A DNA stretch of 64,000 nucleotides from a bacterium (lineage in GTDB: Bacteria; SAR324; NAC60-12). Shown in pieces: positions 59,440-64,000 of the stretch. The translations under genes and the position numbers were made by a program. The notes beneath the pieces are model-generated. The model was not told the DNA's origin, made no database searches, and saw only the letters and a list, made by a program, of their open reading frames with translations. Location: positions 160,001-224,000 of the forward strand of contig CBDBHR010000029.1 in NCBI GenBank assembly GCA_965205865.1. The letters are read 5' to 3'. Numbering within the stretch: the stretch's first letter is position 1; the number at the start of each line of letters is the position of its first letter.

Positions 59440-60939
59440 TTATCTTCGACGCCAGCGGACATAACCGCCCAGCACTAAAAGAAGGAATGGAAGCAGGCCT
59501 ATGCTCGAGACATGGACGAACCTTACTTGTTCGGGACTGAGGATCAGCCGGCGTAGTGGAAGTACTTTGCGATCCACTGAAATGATTTCCGCATCTGCCG
59601 TAAGCATGTTCACGGTGTTGAGGAACAGGTCGCTGTTATTACCATTGTAAAAATGTTGATTGGTGGCAAAGTCAGAATCCCCGATGATCACCAGTCGGGT
59701 ATCTTTTCTAGCAACAAGGACACCAACGGCAAATGGCCCTTTCTTGTCATCAGGCGCATTGAGTTCCGGCGTTTCATTGGCAATGAAGTTCGTTTCCAGC
59801 CAACTTTCCCTGCTGGTCCAGGCCAAGGGTTGGATCTTGACACTTTCCGGTATGTCTTTTTGAGGAATAAAGCCGGTTGCACCGGGGAAATAGATTTCCG
59901 TAAAACCGAAGCTGTTCTGAGTCCGCGGAATCAGGGGATGATCGATGTTGGGAGCGACATGAGAGGCCATGTCGACCAAAGTACCCTTTCCCAGGTCGAT
60001 CCACCAGTCCGCAAGCAACTGTTTCCAAGTCTCGGGAGGATCGGGATTGAGGAAAAGCATGACTCTTCCACCGTTTTCGAGATAAGTCTTAAGAGTCTCG
60101 ATTTCCCGGCTTCCCAATTCTTTTTGTGGTCCAGCGATGACAAGAGCAGCGGCATCTTCCGGAATACCGAAAGGGGAGAGCAGGTCAACCTCACCCACTT
60201 GGAAAAGATTGTCTTTCAAGCCAGACCGAGCCGTAGAATATTCAGATTGGATACTGCTTTCGCCATGACCCTTGATGAAGTAGATTTTTTTTTGCTTGAT
60301 GCCCGTGACCTGCAAGATGGCACTTGTGAAGGCGTGTTCCGCTTCTGCTGAGATTTGCGGTCCATAGACTTGGCTCTGTCCTTCTTCACTGGAAAAGACC
60401 ACGGAACCGTACATGGCTCCCAATTGATTCAACCCGTATTGCCTCGCCTGGTCCGGGTTGAGATCGGGATCCACGGTGCGGATGGTGAGTTGATCGCTGT
60501 AGAGTTTGTATTCATCCAGCAGGAACCGGGCATACAAACTGACTTGCACCGGCACGGTGGGCGTGAAGAAACTGATGATCTCCACCGGTTTGTCCAATTC
60601 CTCCAGCATGTCTTTGGTCTGGGAGGTCAGGGTGAACTGAGCCAGTCCCGTGAAATCAAATCGGTAGAATGCAGTCACGCTGATTGCATTTACCAACACA
60701 ATAATGGCCACAAAGAGCGAAACCCCCACGGTGGTGGAGGTTCCAAACTTCCCGTGGTGACTAACCAGCGCATTTTGCACCCGTCGGAAATCAAAGACAA
60801 AAGCCAGCGCGACGAGCGCCGCCCCCAAGGCCAGTATGATCCAGGCATAGAAACGAATGCCCGGCATGACGAAATTGAGCACCAGCCCCACAAATAGCGT
60901 GGCGATTCCCAGTAAAGCAATGACTGTAGTTTGTTGCAT
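59440..60939 (-). CDS. GldG-family ABC auxiliary component
   Basis: RFDFT...FTL, IYFIKGHGE, IAGP, GDSDF; ATG 60939 overlaps the upstream stop (TGATG). Confidence 0.85.
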   Translation of the reverse strand: MQQTTVIALLGIATLFVGLVLNFVMPGIRFYAWIILALGAALVALAFVFDFRRVQNALVSHHGKFGTSTTVGVSLFVAIIVLVNAISVTAFYRFDFTGLAQFTLTSQTKDMLEELDKPVEIISFFTPTVPVQVSLYARFLLDEYKLYSDQLTIRTVDPDLNPDQARQYGLNQLGAMYGSVVFSSEEGQSQVYGPQISAEAEHAFTSAILQVTGIKQKKIYFIKGHGESSIQSEYSTARSGLKDNLFQVGEVDLLSPFGIPEDAAALVIAGPQKELGSREIETLKTYLENGGRVMLFLNPDPPETWKQLLADWWIDLGKGTLVDMASHVAPNIDHPLIPRTQNSFGFTEIYFPGATGFIPQKDIPESVKIQPLAWTSRESWLETNFIANETPELNAPDDKKGPFAVGVLVARKDTRLVIIGDSDFATNQHFYNGNNSDLFLNTVNMLTADAEIISVDRKVLPLRRLILSPEQVRFVHVSSIGLLPFLLLVLGGYVRWRRR

Positions 60940-61655
60940 CAGCGCCACCTTTCCGTTTGAATTGATCTGACCGACAAAAAGAGGAACGCGGCCGTTACGC
61001 TTAGATAATAGACGATATCGCGGGTGTCCACCACTCCCCTGACAAATCCGGGGAAATGTTGCGAGAGCGAGAAGTAAGAAAGAAATCCCGAGACAGGCTC
61101 CGGTAGTAAGTTTGCAGCAGATCCCAGAAACCACATGCCAAAGAGGATACCTCCTGCAACGACGGCGGCAACGATCTGATTCGTGGTGAGAGACGATGCG
61201 AAAATCCCAATTGCCAGGGAAGCGCTGCCCAATAATATCAGGCCCAGATAGCTGGTAGCAATGGGTCCCAGGTCCGGATCTCCAAGGATGAATAAAAGAA
61301 TTGGATAATACAAGGTGAGCAACAACATTCCCACCATCACGGCGAGGCAACTGCAAAATTTTCCCAGCACGATCTCGATCTCTCTCACCGGGGCGGTGAG
61401 CAGCAACTCCCATGTTCCCAGCTTGCGCTCTTCGGAAATCAGGCGCATTGTGAGCAACGCCGCAAACAATAGAATCAGCAATTGGCCGGCATCGAGGAAG
61501 CCCCTCACCGTAGTATCGGTATAGCTGGTATTGGCAAGATACAAAGTGAAAGAGGCGCCGGATAACGCCAAAAAAATGGCGGTCACAATATAGGCCATTG
61601 GTGAGGTCAGGTATGTCCCGAGCTCTTTTCCGCAAATGAGATAAATATGTTTCAA
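60939..61655 (-). CDS. GldF-like ABC-2 permease
   Basis: KEL..Y..SPMAY, TMRLISEERK.GT.ELLLTAP, SSLTTNQIVA; TTG start after GAGGAGG. Confidence 0.88.
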   Translation of the reverse strand: MKHIYLICGKELGTYLTSPMAYIVTAIFLALSGASFTLYLANTSYTDTTVRGFLDAGQLLILLFAALLTMRLISEERKLGTWELLLTAPVREIEIVLGKFCSCLAVMVGMLLLTLYYPILLFILGDPDLGPIATSYLGLILLGSASLAIGIFASSLTTNQIVAAVVAGGILFGMWFLGSAANLLPEPVSGFLSYFSLSQHFPGFVRGVVDTRDIVYYLSVTAAFLFLSVRSIQTERWR

Positions 61656-61985
61656 AAGTTCTCCTCCTCTTTGAATTTCTCTTAAAAATGTTTCGCTTAC
61701 ATTTTTAAAAGCATTGTTGAATTTAAGGTGCGGACAATCGTTTCTTTACTGTCTATCAACGGAATCGTCCATGTAAAGATGGACAGCAAGGGGTAATTTT
61801 TTTAATTTTATTAAAAATTTTTTTTAGTCAAGATGGCAAATATATCCATATTTTCAATGCATTAAAAATAACAATTGAAAATAGTACATCAGATTTTTTG
61901 CAAAGTCAAAAGAGAATCATACAAAAAAAAAAAAGAAAGCGAAAGAAAAAAGAAAGCGTGGGGCATGCTTCATTGGAAAAATCTC

Positions 61986-62015
61986 TTGACAACCTCGTAC
62001 AATTTTCAATATATC
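61986..62015 (+). promoter_or_regulatory. Candidate sigma70 promoter for the PhyH gene
   Basis: TTGACA (61986-61991), 18-nt spacer, TATATC, within an AT-rich divergent intergenic region. Confidence 0.35.
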
Positions 62016-62089
62016 AGCAATGTTATAAAGATGAAACAGTTTCTGTTTCCTGAATTTTCAGTAAAAGGCGCATAGGGAGGAAAGCATTC

Positions 62090-62977
62090 ATGGAACCTTT
62101 AAAAAAAATGTATGAAGAAAAGGGCTATGTGGTTTGTGAGAATCTTTTGCGCGTCCAGGTGATAGAAGAAGTGCGGGCCGTCATTGACGAACTGTTGGAA
62201 AAGGGCAGCGCATTACAAGAAACCGACGACGTCTATGAGATTTTGGAGGATCTCGCAACGGGTATGCCCCGCATCGAACGCATCAAGGGAGCTCACAAAA
62301 TCCATCCGCTTTTCAGTCAACTGATCCGACGTCCCGAAATCACGGAAGTACTGCGCACTTTGTTGGGACCGAATGTACGTTTTCAAAACTGTAAGCTCAA
62401 CCTCAAATCTAAAGAAGGCGGCGCTCCTGTCGAATGGCATCAGGATTGGGCGTTTTACCCGCATACCAACGATGACGTATTAGCGGTGGGGATCATGATC
62501 GACGATATGACTGAGGACAACGGTGCGGTTCAGTTTGCTGCAGGATCGCACCGGGGACCCGTTTACGATCATATGTCCAACGGCGTATTCTGTGGCGCTG
62601 TCGGCGAGACGGTGGCAAAACAAAGCGCGGCCAAAGCGGATCAGGTGACTGGTGATGCCGGCACGGTTACTTTTCACCACGCCCGCCTGTTGCATGCCTC
62701 TCACGCCAATCGTACGGAACTTCCTCGCCGTTTTCTCATTTATGAAGTAACGGCGGCCGATGCCTGGCCCCTCAATGGTACGTCGACATCCTTTGAAAGC
62801 TGGCAAAATATGCAAGAGCGGATGATCATCGGGGTGCAGACGAACATGGCCCGTTTAACCGAGGTGCCGGTGCGCATTCCTCAACCGACCCAAGCAAATG
62901 CAACTTCGATATTCGAGATACAACGGCAAGGCGACAACAAACTCTATATGAGGACAGCGGTGTCAGAGAAGCAGTGA
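62090..62977 (+). CDS. Phytanoyl-CoA dioxygenase (PhyH) family Fe(II)/2-OG oxygenase
   Basis: WHQD, DNG, GSH, HASHAN...RR; RBS GGAGG. Confidence 0.9.
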   Translation: MEPLKKMYEEKGYVVCENLLRVQVIEEVRAVIDELLEKGSALQETDDVYEILEDLATGMPRIERIKGAHKIHPLFSQLIRRPEITEVLRTLLGPNVRFQNCKLNLKSKEGGAPVEWHQDWAFYPHTNDDVLAVGIMIDDMTEDNGAVQFAAGSHRGPVYDHMSNGVFCGAVGETVAKQSAAKADQVTGDAGTVTFHHARLLHASHANRTELPRRFLIYEVTAADAWPLNGTSTSFESWQNMQERMIIGVQTNMARLTEVPVRIPQPTQANATSIFEIQRQGDNKLYMRTAVSEKQ

Positions 62978-63005
62978 GTTTGGTTACTTCTCCAATTTTC
63001 ATCTG

Positions 63006-63326
63006 CTATTGGATAACGGACTTTGGGGTAGCTTCCAGTCGGGTGACTTCGATTGCATCGCGGTCGATCATTTCAGAAACTCGAGGGGCGATTTCATTTT
63101 TCCAATAATCACTTTCGTAAACGGCTTCATACAATCGCTTGCGTTCTTCTTCGCTCTCGAATCGTCGAATCCAGACGTAAAGGCATTTATCTTCTCGAGC
63201 GAGAAAACTTCCCAAAATAACCATTCCTTTCGAGACCTGGAAGGGGATGATTTCCTCTTCCATACATTTTACCCAATTATCCTGCTGCCCCGCTTTCAGG
63301 CGGTACTGGCGTAGTTCAAAAAACAT
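63006..63326 (-). CDS. NIPSNAP family protein
   Basis: FFELRQY, YVWIRRFESEEER...AVYES..W. Confidence 0.88.
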   Translation of the reverse strand: MFFELRQYRLKAGQQDNWVKCMEEEIIPFQVSKGMVILGSFLAREDKCLYVWIRRFESEEERKRLYEAVYESDYWKNEIAPRVSEMIDRDAIEVTRLEATPKSVIQ

Positions 63327-63411
63327 ATTGGCTCCCTTTCATAAATTCATCAACAATAGCTTTGCAAAAAAGTGATCGGTTTGGCAGACGCATTTACTAC
63401 TAAATTCCTTG

Positions 63412-64000
63412 CTACTCGGCAGTCACCGTATGCTCCCTTTTGACGAGATCCCAGTCGATTTCAAAGCCCAGACCGGGCATGGTGGGCGCATAAACCAGGC
63501 CTTTATCGTCTACTTCAATGTCCGACACCAAACCATATTTATTAGCCCCGGTGCAGGGAAAGACTTCGTAGAATTCACAATTGGGCACCGCCATCGTGAC
63601 GTGTAAATTGGCCACGTTATTCAGTGAGTTTCCACCATGGTGAATCTCGCATTTCATCTGAAATCCTTCTGCCAGGTGACAAAGGCGGAGCAAAGGGGTG
63701 ATGCCCCCCGTGACCGCCACGTCTCCGCGCAGCATATCCGTCGCATTCCGGGTGATCCAGGAGGCCATGCCGTATAACCGTCCGGGCGCGAATTCGGTGC
63801 AGATGAGGGGGATGTCCAGTTTGTTGTTGAGCTTGACATAGTTGTAGATATCTTCTTCCACCATGGGATCTTCGTACCAATAATAGTTGAGAGCTTCAAT
63901 GGCTCGTCCCACCCGCAGAGCATCCTCATACGAATAAGCCCACATCGAGTCCAGCATCAGCTTCATCTCGTCACCCACGGCCTCTCGTACGGCCTGGCAA
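63412..64000 (-). CDS. Mandelate racemase/muconate lactonizing enzyme family, 5' truncated by the window edge
   Basis: LMLDS, WYEDP, GGIT, CEIH, PGLG; the frame is open to the window end. Confidence 0.88.
   Translation of the reverse strand, partial: CQAVREAVGDEMKLMLDSMWAYSYEDALRVGRAIEALNYYWYEDPMVEEDIYNYVKLNNKLDIPLICTEFAPGRLYGMASWITRNATDMLRGDVAVTGGITPLLRLCHLAEGFQMKCEIHHGGNSLNNVANLHVTMAVPNCEFYEVFPCTGANKYGLVSDIEVDDKGLVYAPTMPGLGFEIDWDLVKREHTVTAE

Noticed and set aside
60940-61635. N-terminal ~230 aa of the 731-aa ORF 59440..61635
   Set aside because: Alternative frame over the gldF-like gene; the true start is ATG 60939 (TGATG coupling).
61744-61790. Imperfect alternative hairpins upstream of the gldF-like gene, considered as a riboswitch
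   Set aside because: Short, mismatched stems with no recognisable aptamer consensus.

Overview
Bacterial chromosomal window, probably from a deltaproteobacteria-like lineage (weak inference from gene content). Housekeeping and metabolic genes flank a ~25.4 kb minus-strand defence island at ~7681-33116. Left flank: NodI/J-like ABC pair, argC, DnaC-like ATPase, hemE. Right flank: tatA/B, acyl-CoA synthetase, nth, lysC, coaE, bactofilin, proS, thyX, nuoABCD-HI, amidase, FadJ-like enzyme, copA, MFS, upp, Gld-like ABC operon, PhyH, NIPSNAP, enolase-family gene. The island has a type 3 BREX backbone (brxF, brxC/DUF6079, pglXI, pglZ, brxA) but no brxHII helicase, and pglXI carries a +1 frameshift. 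Between pglXI and pglZ lie two cargo cassettes in tandem. Cassette 1 is vsr, dcm, a double-GHKL (MORC-like ATPase + histidine kinase) protein, a receiver-domain protein and a Schlafen/AlbA-HATPase. Cassette 2 is an Avs-like nuclease-STAND NTPase and a Schlafen/AlbA-HATPase with an extra C-terminal module. The cassettes are separated by a decayed chimeric scar: a pglZ 5' end fused to a pglXI 3' end, both diverged from the resident genes. Each cassette ends in a Schlafen-HATPase gene directly abutting a pglZ start, which suggests a helicase-less BREX-3 variant whose pglXI-pglZ slot stacks defence cassettes. brxF overlaps the stop codon of host tatA/B. No integrase, tRNA, rRNA or CRISPR array was seen.
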